Shown: piece after piece, positions 40,762 through 50,124 of the stretch | How the letters are laid out: each line of letters opens with the position of its first letter | Position numbering within the stretch: position 1 is the stretch's first letter | Origin: an uncultured beta proteobacterium | GTDB lineage: Bacteria > Pseudomonadota > Gammaproteobacteria > Burkholderiales > Casimicrobiaceae | Direction of reading: 5' to 3' | Length of the DNA stretch: 64,000 nt | NCBI GenBank assembly: GCA_963828595.1 | Contig: CAWHEN010000010.1 | Coordinates: 29,048 to 93,047, forward strand | The notes under the pieces: generated by a model | Database searches by the model: none | What the model was told of the DNA's origin: nothing | The model's input: the letters and a program-made list of their open reading frames with translations, nothing else | Translations under genes and position numbers: made by a program

Positions 40762-42540
40762 ATGCCTCGGTTATCTTTCTCACTCGGCCGTGCAGTCCTT
40801 CTGTGGCTTGGCATTGTGCTATTCGGTGTCGGCAGCCTGAGCTCGCAAGCCGCCGAGCCCAAAAAGATCCTATTGCTCCACTCCTATGGGCAGGAGGGGG
40901 CGCCGCTGGATGCTTTTGTCAATTCGTTTCGAACCGAGATGCTTCGAACGTGGCCAGAAAAGGCGGCGTTGTACGATTTCTCGCTCGAAACGGGGCGACC
41001 CGAAATCGGCGAGAATGAAGGCGCGATCATTCAAGTACTGAGAGCCCGTTTCGCCGCCATGAAGCTGGATCTCGTCGTCATGTTAGGTGCGCAGGCTGCG
41101 CGCTTTTATACCAGGAATCGGGAAGAATTGTTCCCGGAGGTGCCGATGTTGGTCATCGCCGACAAGCGAACTGCGCCCGTCGACACGCTAAAGCGCGGTG
41201 ATTCTGTCGTCGGAATCAGGATATCAGCCCCCCAAGCTGTCAAAGGCATCCTCGAGTTGCTTCCCGAAACTACAACAATCGCCTTGATCTTGGGTAGCTC
41301 GTCGGGAGAGCGATTCTGGGCGGCAGAATTGCGCAAGGATCTTGCATCCTTCGAGGGTCGCGTCAAGTTCGTCTGGCTCGACAACCTCCTGCTTTCGGAG
41401 GTGCGCGAGCAGGTTGCTACGCTGCGCCCGGGAGCCGTTGCGCTGTACGTTGTATTCCAGGTGGATGCGGCCGGCATCCCATATAACCAGGAATACGCAA
41501 TCAGCGAGATCCATGCCGCGTCCAAAGTGCCGTTGTTCGGGCTTTTCGAAAACCAAGTGGGGCAGGGCATGGTTGGCGGCGCCCTCATTTCCGGCGCGGA
41601 ACAGGCCATCGTGGCCGCCGAGACTGCAAGTCGTGTGCTGAGGGGCGAAGCGCCCCAGGAAGCAGCGGTATTCCTGGGCCCGACGGCACCGCAGTTCGAT
41701 TGGAGGGAGCTCCAGCGGTGGCACATCGACGAAAACCTGCTTCCTCCCGGCAGCATAGTGCGGTTTCGACCGCCCTCGATGTGGGAGGAGTATAAATTCA
41801 CAGTGATAGCCAGCTTCGCTGTGCTCCTGTTTCAGGCCGCGCTGATCACCGCATTGATCGTACAGCGCATCCGTCGTCGGCGCGCCGAGCGCGAAGCGTT
41901 TTCCCTCAGTAGGCGATTGCTCACGGCTCACGAGGACGAGCGGCGAAGACTTGCCCGCGAATTGCACGACGATGTGACGCAGCGTCTGGCGCGCCTCGCA
42001 ATCGACGCGGCTCGATTCGAAAAGATTGGTCAGCACGCGCAGGGTAGCGCGCCGCAGTCGCTGCACCGCGGGTTGGTGCGCCTGAGCGAAGACGTGCACG
42101 CGCTCTCGTATCGACTTCATCCGTCGATTCTGGACGACCTGGGCCTGGCGGAGGCTTTGAAAGCAGAGTGCGAGCATGTTTCGCGGCGCGAGCCCGTGCG
42201 GGTCGAGGTCGAGCTGGATCAGGTCCCAGACGGGCTGCCGAACGATGTCGCTTTGTGCGTCTTTCGCGTTGTGCAGGAGGCTTTGCGAAATATCGCGCGT
42301 CACGCCAGGGCCAGTGTTGCGATCGTAAGTCTCGCCTTCAAGGACGGCGGTCTGCTGCTGGCGATACGCGATAACGGGGTCGGCTTCGACGTCGACGCAA
42401 CGCGCTCGCGGCACAGCCTCGGCCGCGCTGGCATGGGCGAAAGGGTGAGGCTCCTCGGCGGAACCTTCGACATAGAGAGCGCGTTCGGGCAAGGAACAAC
42501 CGTATCCGCGTGGGTGCCCCTCAAGGCGGCTTCGTCATGA
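40762..42540 (+). CDS. sensor histidine kinase (HisKA_3/NarX-type) with an N-terminal periplasmic PBP-like domain
   Basis: Signal/TM, periplasmic ..KKILLLHSYGQEG.. domain, TM, H-box ..AHEDERRRLARELHDDVTQRL.., and HATPase ..IRDNGVGFD..GLGRAGMGERV... Confidence 0.9.
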   Translation: MPRLSFSLGRAVLLWLGIVLFGVGSLSSQAAEPKKILLLHSYGQEGAPLDAFVNSFRTEMLRTWPEKAALYDFSLETGRPEIGENEGAIIQVLRARFAAMKLDLVVMLGAQAARFYTRNREELFPEVPMLVIADKRTAPVDTLKRGDSVVGIRISAPQAVKGILELLPETTTIALILGSSSGERFWAAELRKDLASFEGRVKFVWLDNLLLSEVREQVATLRPGAVALYVVFQVDAAGIPYNQEYAISEIHAASKVPLFGLFENQVGQGMVGGALISGAEQAIVAAETASRVLRGEAPQEAAVFLGPTAPQFDWRELQRWHIDENLLPPGSIVRFRPPSMWEEYKFTVIASFAVLLFQAALITALIVQRIRRRRAEREAFSLSRRLLTAHEDERRRLARELHDDVTQRLARLAIDAARFEKIGQHAQGSAPQSLHRGLVRLSEDVHALSYRLHPSILDDLGLAEALKAECEHVSRREPVRVEVELDQVPDGLPNDVALCVFRVVQEALRNIARHARASVAIVSLAFKDGGLLLAIRDNGVGFDVDATRSRHSLGRAGMGERVRLLGGTFDIESAFGQGTTVSAWVPLKAASS

Positions 42541-43178
42541 GTCGTCCACGCGTACTGCTTGCGGATGACCATCGGATGATCGCCGAAGCGCTCAAGAGCC
42601 TGCTCGAGCAGGAGTTCGAGTTGGTAGGGGTTGTAGAAGACGGCCGCCAGCTGGTCGAAACCGCGCGGCATCTGCGTCCGGACGTCATCGTCGCCGACAT
42701 CACGATGCCGCATCTCAACGGGATCGACGCGCTGACGCAATTGAAGCGCGACAATCCCGACGTTCGAGTTGTATTCCTGACGATGCACAAGGATGCGGCG
42801 TACGCGCGCCGGGCGTTGGATGCAGGCGCGCGCGGTTATGTCCTGAAGCACTCGGCACAAGCGGAGCTCTTCCTTGCGGTGCGTGCTGCGCTTGACGGAG
42901 AGACTTATATCTCGCCGACGCTTGCCGGAGAGGTCTTCCACGATTTGAAGGTCAGTCCGGAGCATCCAATCAATCCTGTCGGCGCGCTGACTCCTCGCCA
43001 GCGCGAGATTCTCCAGCTCTTCGCCGAAGGCTTCCCGACCAAGGAGATCGCATCCAGGCTCGACATTTCGCCGCGAACCGTCGAGTTCCACAAATATCAG
43101 CTGATGGATTCGCTCAAGCTGCAAAGCAGCGCCGAGCTGATCCATTTCGCTATAAAAAACGGCATCGTTGCCGTCTGA
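42537..43178 (+). CDS. NarL/FixJ-family response regulator (REC + LuxR-type HTH)
   Basis: ATGA overlap with the kinase stop; ..VLLADDH..VIVADITMP.. and ..LTPRQREILQLFAEGFPTKEIASRLDISPRTVEFHK... Confidence 0.9.
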   Translation: MSRPRVLLADDHRMIAEALKSLLEQEFELVGVVEDGRQLVETARHLRPDVIVADITMPHLNGIDALTQLKRDNPDVRVVFLTMHKDAAYARRALDAGARGYVLKHSAQAELFLAVRAALDGETYISPTLAGEVFHDLKVSPEHPINPVGALTPRQREILQLFAEGFPTKEIASRLDISPRTVEFHKYQLMDSLKLQSSAELIHFAIKNGIVAV

Positions 43179-43242
43179 GCGAACCGGCGCCTCCCGAAGG
43201 CTTGTCGAGTTCGTCGTTACGGCAACGGTCGGCTTGGCCGTT

Positions 43243-43284
43243 CCGTAAATTCCGCTATCGAACCTCGTAACTTTACGAGGTCAC
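43243..43284 (+). promoter_or_regulatory. operator-like motif copy 1 (contains the perfect palindrome ACCTCGTAA-ct-TTACGAGGT), upstream of the OMP gene
   Basis: CCGTAAATTCCGCTATCGAACCTCGTAACTTTACGAGGTCAC. A near-identical 42-bp block recurs at 44272-44314. Confidence 0.4.
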
Positions 43285-43381
43285 AGGTAGTTGTCACGTC
43301 GTTACGCTCTTAGCCTTTGAGCCAAGCGGAATCCGGTCGGCACTGCGGGCGATCGTTTCCTCGGCAAGGGAGAGGACGAAA

Positions 43382-44218
43382 ATGATGCGACGAAATTGCA
43401 GTGCAGCGTTGGGTTTTCCCGGTCGTGCAGCGACCCTGTTCGCTATGACCGTGCTGCTCTCCGGTACTGCTGCAGCGCAAGCGGGTCCGGACGACTGGCA
43501 GTTCCGGGGACTGATTTACGTCTATCTTCCGACTATTAGCGGCTCGACGACGTTTCCCGCCGGCGCGGGCAGCAACGTCAATGCCGACTCGGACAAGATC
43601 CTTGACCATCTGAAGTTCGCGTTCATGGGAACGCTGGAAGCGCAGAAGGGTCGTTGGGGTGGGTTCACCGATGTCATGTATCTCAATGTCAGCGGATCGA
43701 AGTCAGGCACACGTGACCTCACGATCGGCGGCGTTGAACTCCCGGCCGGTGTCAGTTCGAATGCTTCGCTGGACATCAAGGCGACCGTCTGGACCTTGGC
43801 CGCCAATTATCGGCTCCTGGCTGCCCCGGACGCAGCCTACGACGTCTTCGCCGGGGCTCGCCTTGTCGACGTCACGGAAAAGCTTGGCTGGGAATTCAGT
43901 GCGAACGTCGGACCGGTCGTGGGCGCCGGACAGACGGGCAGCGGCCAGACGAAACTCGACAACTGGGACGCCATCGTCGGCCTCAAGGGACGTTTCAGTT
44001 TCGGCCAGAGCCGCGAATGGTTCGTCCCCTATTACGTCGATGTCGGAACAGGCGAATCCAATTTCACCTGGCAGGCACTCGCCGGCATCGGCTATGCGTT
44101 CCGTTGGGGAGAAGTCGTCGCAGCGTGGCGTTATCTTGATTACGACTTCAAGTCGGATAAGAGGATCCAGAGCTTGAATTTGAATGGCCCCGCGATCGGT
44201 GTCGCTTTCCGCTGGTGA
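43382..44218 (+). CDS. outer-membrane beta-barrel protein (uncharacterised family)
   Basis: Signal peptide ..LLSGTAAAQA, alternating-hydrophobicity strands, C-terminal ..GVAFRW aromatic terminus. Confidence 0.6.
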   Translation: MMRRNCSAALGFPGRAATLFAMTVLLSGTAAAQAGPDDWQFRGLIYVYLPTISGSTTFPAGAGSNVNADSDKILDHLKFAFMGTLEAQKGRWGGFTDVMYLNVSGSKSGTRDLTIGGVELPAGVSSNASLDIKATVWTLAANYRLLAAPDAAYDVFAGARLVDVTEKLGWEFSANVGPVVGAGQTGSGQTKLDNWDAIVGLKGRFSFGQSREWFVPYYVDVGTGESNFTWQALAGIGYAFRWGEVVAAWRYLDYDFKSDKRIQSLNLNGPAIGVAFRW

Positions 44219-44271
44219 CCACGAGCGACCGCTGCGTCTGACGCGGGCCTGCAGGAAGGGTCCGCTCGGCA

Positions 44272-44314
44272 CCGGTAATTTCCGCGGCGCAACCTCGTAA
44301 ATTTCCGAGGTCAC
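44272..44314 (+). promoter_or_regulatory. operator-like motif copy 2, upstream of the REC-only gene and the downstream cluster
   Basis: CCGGTAATTTCCGCGGCGCAACCTCGTAAATTTCCGAGGTCAC. Confidence 0.4.
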
Positions 44315-44400
44315 TGCTTGCCCTGCAGCGGCTAGTGTACTGTATCGCAGGCGTGTTTTCGCCGGGCAAAAACGGAAACCAGAACAGTGAAGGCGGGGGA

Positions 44401-44835
44401 GTGACCCTTCGAACCGCGAGGTGTGTGCTGCTGGCGGACAAGCACCACGGCCTGATCGAGGGGGTGCGTGGCCTCCTCGAGACGGCTTTTGGCACGGTCT
44501 TCATGGTGGGTGACGAGGCTTCGCTTATCGAAGGGATAGATCGATTGGAGCCTTCGGTGATCGTCGTCGATCTTGCGATCGCCGGGGGCAATTGGTTGAA
44601 CGTTTTGCGGACACTGCGGGAGCGCTCACCGATGTCGAAAGTGATCGTGCTCAGCATGTACGACGAGCTATCCGTCGTGCGGGCCGCGCTGGGAGCGGGT
44701 GCCGATGGATTTGTACTCAAGCGCACGATCGGAACGGACATGATCGATGCGATCGAGGCGGTACTCGACGACAAGTCGTATGTCTCGCCCTCCGTTCACT
44801 CGCCAGCTGAAGTGAAGCCGCACGGAGGAGCGTGA
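44401..44835 (+). CDS. stand-alone receiver (REC-only) protein, NarL-type receiver without an output domain
   Basis: GTG 44401 after GAAGGCGGGGGA; ..VLLADKHHG..VIVVDLAI..VIVLS..GFVLK... The acidic pocket is ADK rather than ADD. Confidence 0.7.
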   Translation: MTLRTARCVLLADKHHGLIEGVRGLLETAFGTVFMVGDEASLIEGIDRLEPSVIVVDLAIAGGNWLNVLRTLRERSPMSKVIVLSMYDELSVVRAALGAGADGFVLKRTIGTDMIDAIEAVLDDKSYVSPSVHSPAEVKPHGGA

Positions 44836-46298
44836 AGAAGATAGACGACAGGCCGATGGATCGCTTGCGCTTCCAGCTCCTGTTATCGATGGCGGCGCTG
44901 CTCGCGCTGGGGGGCTGCGCAACGCGTCCGATCAATCCGCCGATCACCCAGGCCGACCCTACGACTGGCTACCGTTTCGAGCTTCGCCAGGCGCAGATCA
45001 AGAACAAGGACAACCTGGTCATCCTCGCCTTCTCGGGTGGCGGCACACGCGCCGCCGCCTTTTCGTACGGCGTGCTGGAGTTCCTGCGGCGCACCGAGGT
45101 GATCGGACCGAAGGGCAACAAGGGCCGACTGCTCGATGAAGTCGACGTCATCACCGGCGTATCGGGCGGCAGTTTCACCGCGCTGGCCTATGGCCTTTAC
45201 GGCGACAAACTGTTTGCCGAGTACGAGCAACGCTTCCTCAAGCGCAATGTGCAAGGCGAGATCGTTGCTCGCGCTTTCAATCCTGCCAACTGGGGAAGGC
45301 TGAGTTCAACGGGCTGGGGCCGCTCCGAAATGGCGGCCCAGCTATATGACGAAATTCTCTTCAACGGTGCCACCTTCGGCGATCTCGACCGCGGCACGGG
45401 CCCGCTGATCCTGGCGTCGGCCACCGACATCTCGACCGGCTCGCGTTTCGTCTTCAATCAGCGCACTTTCGACATCATCTGCTCGGATCTCAATGCGGTG
45501 CCATTGTCCCGCGCCGCTGCGGCGTCATCGGCCGTGCCGGTGGTGCTCTCGGCGGTCACGATCAACAACTATGGTGGTACCTGCAACGCGGTCATGCCCT
45601 CGTGGGCGAAGCTGTTCCTCGAGTCCGCGGAGCCGCCGCGACCAGCCGCACGCGCGCTACGTTCGCTCAAGACAGAGCAGGCCCTCGCCGACAGCGTTCA
45701 TCGGCCCTACCTTCACCTGGTCGACGGCGGAGTGTCGGACAACGTGGGCATGCGCGCTGTGCTCGATGCGCTGGAACTACTCGAGGCCTTGCACGAAGGG
45801 GGCCTGCCAACGCCGCTCGACAGCGCCAAGAGGATCATCGTCTTCGTCGTCAACTCGCTGTCGTCGCCGCCGACCAACTGGGATGAGTCGGAGAACCCGC
45901 CCGGCACCGTGGACATTCTGCTCAAAGCGGCGGGCACTCCGATCGATGCCTTCTCCTACGAGTCGGTCGAACTGTTGAGAGATAACGCGGCGCACTGGCG
46001 GACGCTGCGCCTGATCCGCAACTCGGCCGCCTATGCGGCCAACAAGGATCCTGCGGTGGCCGCCGCGGTGCGCGTCCCGGACGCGGAGATCTATGCCATC
46101 GACGTGTCGTTCTCCGCATTGAAGGACAAGGCGGAGTTCGACTACCTGAATCAATTGCCTACCTCGTTTGTCCTGCCCGCCGAGGCCGTCGATCGTCTGC
46201 GTGCCGCGGCGGGGACGATCATCACGGCGTCGGCCGAATTCCAACGTCTCCTGAAAGACGTCGGCGCAAAGGTTGTCCCCGATTCGAGCATCCAATGA
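44832..46298 (+). CDS. patatin-like phospholipase, predicted lipoprotein
   Basis: GTGA overlap with the upstream stop; lipobox LALGGC; oxyanion motif FSGGGTRAA, nucleophile GVSGGS, catalytic VDGGVSDN. Confidence 0.9.
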   Translation: MKKIDDRPMDRLRFQLLLSMAALLALGGCATRPINPPITQADPTTGYRFELRQAQIKNKDNLVILAFSGGGTRAAAFSYGVLEFLRRTEVIGPKGNKGRLLDEVDVITGVSGGSFTALAYGLYGDKLFAEYEQRFLKRNVQGEIVARAFNPANWGRLSSTGWGRSEMAAQLYDEILFNGATFGDLDRGTGPLILASATDISTGSRFVFNQRTFDIICSDLNAVPLSRAAAASSAVPVVLSAVTINNYGGTCNAVMPSWAKLFLESAEPPRPAARALRSLKTEQALADSVHRPYLHLVDGGVSDNVGMRAVLDALELLEALHEGGLPTPLDSAKRIIVFVVNSLSSPPTNWDESENPPGTVDILLKAAGTPIDAFSYESVELLRDNAAHWRTLRLIRNSAAYAANKDPAVAAAVRVPDAEIYAIDVSFSALKDKAEFDYLNQLPTSFVLPAEAVDRLRAAAGTIITASAEFQRLLKDVGAKVVPDSSIQ

Positions 46299-46406
46299 GC
46301 AAACGTCAGAAACCAGCGGCGGAACTGGCGATGTGCGATCCTGACTCGTTTCAGGGATTTGGCAGATCGATTTCCCTTTCAACTCCAATCAAAAGGTGGC
46401 ACCGAA

Positions 46407-46991
46407 ATGCATAGACATCTCCTTATCGCATCGATGATCGCAGCGGCATTCGTGCTGCCGGCCATGGCCCAAACCAGCGGTACCATGGTCGACAAAGCTC
46501 CCGGCACCGCCACCGTCGCTCAGACCGTCAAAGTCACGGCGACGATAGTCGCAATCGATTCGGCGACGCGTGCGATAACTCTGAAAACTCCGAAGGGAAA
46601 GGAAGTCACTCTGACGGCGGGACCGGAAGTCAAGAACTTCGCCCAGATGAAGGTCGGCGATCAGGTCACTGCCGCGTATGTCGAAGCGCTGACGCTCGAG
46701 CTCAAGAAAGGCGGCGGCAAGGCCGTCGCACGGACCGAGCAAGCGGGTGCGGCGGGGGCGAAGGCGGGCGCTCGCCCCGCAGGCATCGTCGGGCAGCAGG
46801 TGACGATCGTGGCCGACGTCGTCGATCTCGACGCCGCGACACAGACGGTCACACTTCGTGGACCGCAGCGCACGGTAGAGCTCAAGGTCCGCGATCCGGA
46901 ACAGTTCAAGCTCATCGCCAAGGGCGATCAAGTCGAGGCGACATACACCGAGGCGGTCGCGATCGAGGTCACGCCCGCGGCGAAGAAATAG
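46407..46991 (+). CDS. periplasmic protein with two tandem CusF/DUF1344-like OB-fold repeats (no Met/His metal ligands seen)
   Basis: Signal peptide. Internal duplication: ..TATIVAIDSATRAITLKTPKGKEVTL..KVGDQVTAAY.. versus ..IVADVVDLDAATQTVTLRGPQRTVEL..AKGDQVEATY... Confidence 0.55.
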   Translation: MHRHLLIASMIAAAFVLPAMAQTSGTMVDKAPGTATVAQTVKVTATIVAIDSATRAITLKTPKGKEVTLTAGPEVKNFAQMKVGDQVTAAYVEALTLELKKGGGKAVARTEQAGAAGAKAGARPAGIVGQQVTIVADVVDLDAATQTVTLRGPQRTVELKVRDPEQFKLIAKGDQVEATYTEAVAIEVTPAAKK

Positions 46992-47050
46992 CCGCCTCGC
47001 GTCGGACGCGCGTTCTGAAGGGATTTTGAGGTAGAGCATCGGAAAAGGAG

Positions 47051-47530
47051 ATGGCAATGCAAGTCACCAACGGTACACAGCGGGCGCTTGCCCTGGTCGC
47101 GGCGGTGTTTTTTGCGGCGAGCGCCTCGGCCCAACAATACGTCTATCCGGCCAAGGGCCAATCTCCGGAGCAGCAGAAGAAGGATGAGGGCGAGTGTCAT
47201 ACCTGGGCCATACAGCAAAGCAAGTACGATCCGGCCAACCCGCCGAAGCAGGCCGCGGCCCCGGCGCCGGCGACCACCGCGACCGGCACCACGCCGGGCG
47301 CGGGCGCGCGCGGGGCGGCGCGAGGCGCAGTTGTCGGCGGAGTCATGGGCGATGCCGGTGCAGGCGCCGCGGCGGGCGCCGTAGCAGCTCGCGGGCAAAG
47401 CCGTCGTCAGAACGCGGCGCAAGGGCAGCAACAACAGCAAGCTGCGACGCAGCAAGACCAGGCCGGCGCGGCCGCGTATCAGAAAGCACGCGGGGCCTGC
47501 CTCGAAGGACGCGGCTATACGGTGAAATAG
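47051..47530 (+). CDS. secreted glycine-zipper family protein
   Basis: Signal peptide; ..YVYPAKGQSPEQQKKDEGECHTWAIQQS..; Gly/Ala zipper GAVVGGVMGDAGAGAAAGAVAA; C-terminal ..ACLEGRGYTVK. Confidence 0.55.
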   Translation: MAMQVTNGTQRALALVAAVFFAASASAQQYVYPAKGQSPEQQKKDEGECHTWAIQQSKYDPANPPKQAAAPAPATTATGTTPGAGARGAARGAVVGGVMGDAGAGAAAGAVAARGQSRRQNAAQGQQQQQAATQQDQAGAAAYQKARGACLEGRGYTVK

Positions 47531-47599
47531 AAACCCGAAACGCCACGATGGCCGTCACAGGATTGGATAGTCGGATCGAACATCAAAAGGAAAGTAACA

Positions 47600-48238
47600 A
47601 TGAGTTTCCGCATTCCGAAACCGTTTGGCGGCGCCATGGCGATGTTTGCCTCAATCGTACTGATCGCCGGGGGCGCCACGTTTGTCGCTCCCGATGCGGC
47701 CGCGCAGAATGAACAGTCAAAGATATCGGCTGCCGACGCCGCGAAAAAGCGTGAGGCAGTGCTCAAGATGCGCGACGACGCGCTGGTGGACTTCTATGCG
47801 ACCAAGCCCGAGATCAAGGAAGAACTGGCGAAGGCCGTCGGTTATGCGGTGTTCGATGCGTCGCAAGTCAATATCGTGCTGTTCGTTGGCGGCTTGGGTG
47901 GAGGCGTGCTGGTCGAGAACGGAACCGGCAAGCAAACGTTCATGAAGATGACACGTGCCGGCACCGGGCCCGGCGTCGGATACAAGAAGTTCCGCCAACT
48001 GATCGTGTTCAAGGATCGAACGCTCTTCGACAACTTCCGCACTGTGGGCGCCGACATCGGAGCCTCCGCTGACGCGACGATGAAGATCGGCGGCACGGGG
48101 GTTGCAGTCGATCCCAATGTTTCGTTCAATCCGCTGCTCTCGATCTATCAGATCACCGACAGTGGCGCGTTGTTGCAGGCCAACTGGGGCGGCGTCGCGT
48201 ATCTGCCCGACGGCGACCTGAACCCGCCCGCACAATGA
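47600..48238 (+). CDS. SYLF (Ysc84/DUF500) lipid-binding-domain protein, secreted
   Basis: Signal peptide; ..AVGYAVFDASQVNIVLFVGGLGGGVLVE..GTGPGVGYKKF..GADIGASADAT.. fits the SYLF pattern. Confidence 0.7.
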   Translation: MSFRIPKPFGGAMAMFASIVLIAGGATFVAPDAAAQNEQSKISAADAAKKREAVLKMRDDALVDFYATKPEIKEELAKAVGYAVFDASQVNIVLFVGGLGGGVLVENGTGKQTFMKMTRAGTGPGVGYKKFRQLIVFKDRTLFDNFRTVGADIGASADATMKIGGTGVAVDPNVSFNPLLSIYQITDSGALLQANWGGVAYLPDGDLNPPAQ

Positions 48239-48299
48239 TCACGGGAGCCCGACCAATGCAATGCTGGAATCGTGCAGGACCGTCACTCGAGGGAGCGGC

Positions 48300-48776
48300 A
48301 TGAAAAAACTTCTGTGGACTATCGTTTGCACCACTGCGCTGCTTGCGGCCTCCGTGTGCGCGCAGAGCAGGTCCGCCGATATGGACATGCAGATCCTGCG
48401 CGACAAGCTCAAAGCGGACAAGAAGGTTATCGTCGCCTCCAACATGCAACTGACCGATGCGGAAGCAAACGCCTTCTGGCCGATCTACGACGCCTACCAG
48501 AACGATTTGAAGGCAATCAATGCGCGTCTGGGCAACGGTATCCTCGCCTACGCGGATGCGTACAAGGCCGGGCCGATCTCGGATGGAGCGGCAAAAACGT
48601 TTCTGGATGAGGCCCTCGCAATCGAGGACGCGGAAGCGAAATTGCGCAAGGATTACGCGGCGAAGTTGACGGCTGCAATTCCCGCAGCCAAGGCGGCGCG
48701 TTATCTGCAAATCGAGAGCAAGATCCGTGCGGTGATCCGCTACGAGCTTGCGGCGAACATTCCCCTAGTCAAATGA
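48300..48776 (+). CDS. secreted helical hypothetical protein (possibly Spy/CpxP-like LTxxQ type; weak)
   Basis: Signal peptide MKKLLWTIVCTTALLAASVCA; ..MQLTDAEANAFWPIYDAYQ... Confidence 0.45.
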   Translation: MKKLLWTIVCTTALLAASVCAQSRSADMDMQILRDKLKADKKVIVASNMQLTDAEANAFWPIYDAYQNDLKAINARLGNGILAYADAYKAGPISDGAAKTFLDEALAIEDAEAKLRKDYAAKLTAAIPAAKAARYLQIESKIRAVIRYELAANIPLVK

Positions 48777-48844
48777 TGACACGCCAGGCGTTTATGTTCA
48801 CGAAAAGCGGGTCCGCGAGACCGAAGGAACAGGAGGCAACGTTG

Positions 48845-50113
48845 ATGGACACGAATAGCAGGCACTTCGCGCCACGGTCGCTGATGTGGCTGGTGTCGTT
48901 GGCCGCATGTGCCGCAATGATCTGCGCGCCGCTGGCCGCGGCGCAGGCCCCTGCGGCTTCCGGCAGCGCCGCGGAGGCGCCGTCGCCCGAGGAGCTCGAC
49001 AAGCTCGTCGGTCCCTTCGCGCTCTATCCCGACGACCTCGTGGCGCTCATCGTGCCCGCGTCGACCAATCCGCTGCAGATCGTTCAAGCCGACCGCTTCC
49101 TCGAGAAGCGAAAGAAGGATCCCAAGACGCCGATCGACGACAGCTGGGACGACTCGGTGAAATCGCTGGTCAACTATCCGGAGGTGATCAGGCAGATGAG
49201 CGCCGACCTCGACTGGACCGCGGCTCTCGGCGAGGCGGTCGTTGCCGACCAGGGCGCGGTGCTCGACGCCGTGCAGGCATTCCGGCGCAAGGCCCAGGCC
49301 GCAGGAAACTTGAAAACGGATACCAAGCAAGTCGTCGAGGTGGAGAAGGAGATCATCAAGATCGTTCCTGCCGACCCGCAGGTCGTCTATGTGCCGCAAT
49401 ACAACCCTTCGAGTGTCGTCGTGTACAGCGCGGCTCCAGTCTACGGCTACTGGCCTGCGCCGTATCCGAGTTACTACTACCCGTACGCACCGGGCGCCGC
49501 ATTGGCCACGGGCTTGATCTGGGGCGCAGCGATCGGCGCGGCCTGGGGCGGAGGCCACTATGGCGCGAACTGGAGCGGTGGCAACAACAACATCACGATC
49601 AACCGCGGCAACAACAACATCAACACCGGCGACATCAACAGGGGTAATGCTGGCAACCGGCCATCGCAGCAACCGAACAGGGGCGGCGGCGGCACGTCCT
49701 CGTGGAAATCCGACAAGAAGCCTGGACAGGTCAGCAGCGGCGCCGGGCGGTCGGCATCGACCGGCCGTGTTGGAGATACTCGCGGGGGCGGCGCCGGCGG
49801 CGGAGCAGGCGCGCGTCCGTCGCAGGGCGGCGGCGGATTCGGACAAGGTGCCGGTGCCGGCGGGGGTCGCCCCGGCGGTGCCAGCACATCGGGCGCCGCG
49901 ACTCGTAGCGGCGGCGGGGGAGGCGGCGGCAGCGCGTTCGGTGGTTATGGATCGGGCAATTCCGCACGCGCCGACAGTTCGCGCGGCGCCTCGAGCCGCA
50001 GCTCGATGTCGGGCGGCGGCGGTAGATCGAGCGGCGGCGCAAGCTCGCGCGGCGGTGGCGGTGGCGGACGCGGGGGCGGTGGTGGCGGACGCGGTGGCGG
50101 CGGTCGTCGCTAG
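48845..50113 (+). CDS. DUF3300 protein with a long Gly/Ser/Arg-rich C-terminal tail
   Basis: ..LDKLVGPFALYPDDLVALIVPASTNPLQIVQADRFL.. is the DUF3300 signature. The tail ends GGGGGGRGGGGGGRGGGGRR. An alternative start at 48773 overlaps the upstream stop. Confidence 0.8.
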   Translation: MDTNSRHFAPRSLMWLVSLAACAAMICAPLAAAQAPAASGSAAEAPSPEELDKLVGPFALYPDDLVALIVPASTNPLQIVQADRFLEKRKKDPKTPIDDSWDDSVKSLVNYPEVIRQMSADLDWTAALGEAVVADQGAVLDAVQAFRRKAQAAGNLKTDTKQVVEVEKEIIKIVPADPQVVYVPQYNPSSVVVYSAAPVYGYWPAPYPSYYYPYAPGAALATGLIWGAAIGAAWGGGHYGANWSGGNNNITINRGNNNINTGDINRGNAGNRPSQQPNRGGGGTSSWKSDKKPGQVSSGAGRSASTGRVGDTRGGGAGGGAGARPSQGGGGFGQGAGAGGGRPGGASTSGAATRSGGGGGGGSAFGGYGSGNSARADSSRGASSRSSMSGGGGRSSGGASSRGGGGGGRGGGGGGRGGGGRR

Positions 50114-50124
50114 GAGAAGGACAA

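Noticed and set aside
44832-46298. The patatin phospholipase as a CBASS (CapV-like) or other anti-phage effector.
   Set aside because: It carries a lipoprotein signal peptide and is therefore exported. No CD-NTase, cyclase, E1/E2/JAB or other defence partner occurs in the window, and its neighbours are envelope proteins.
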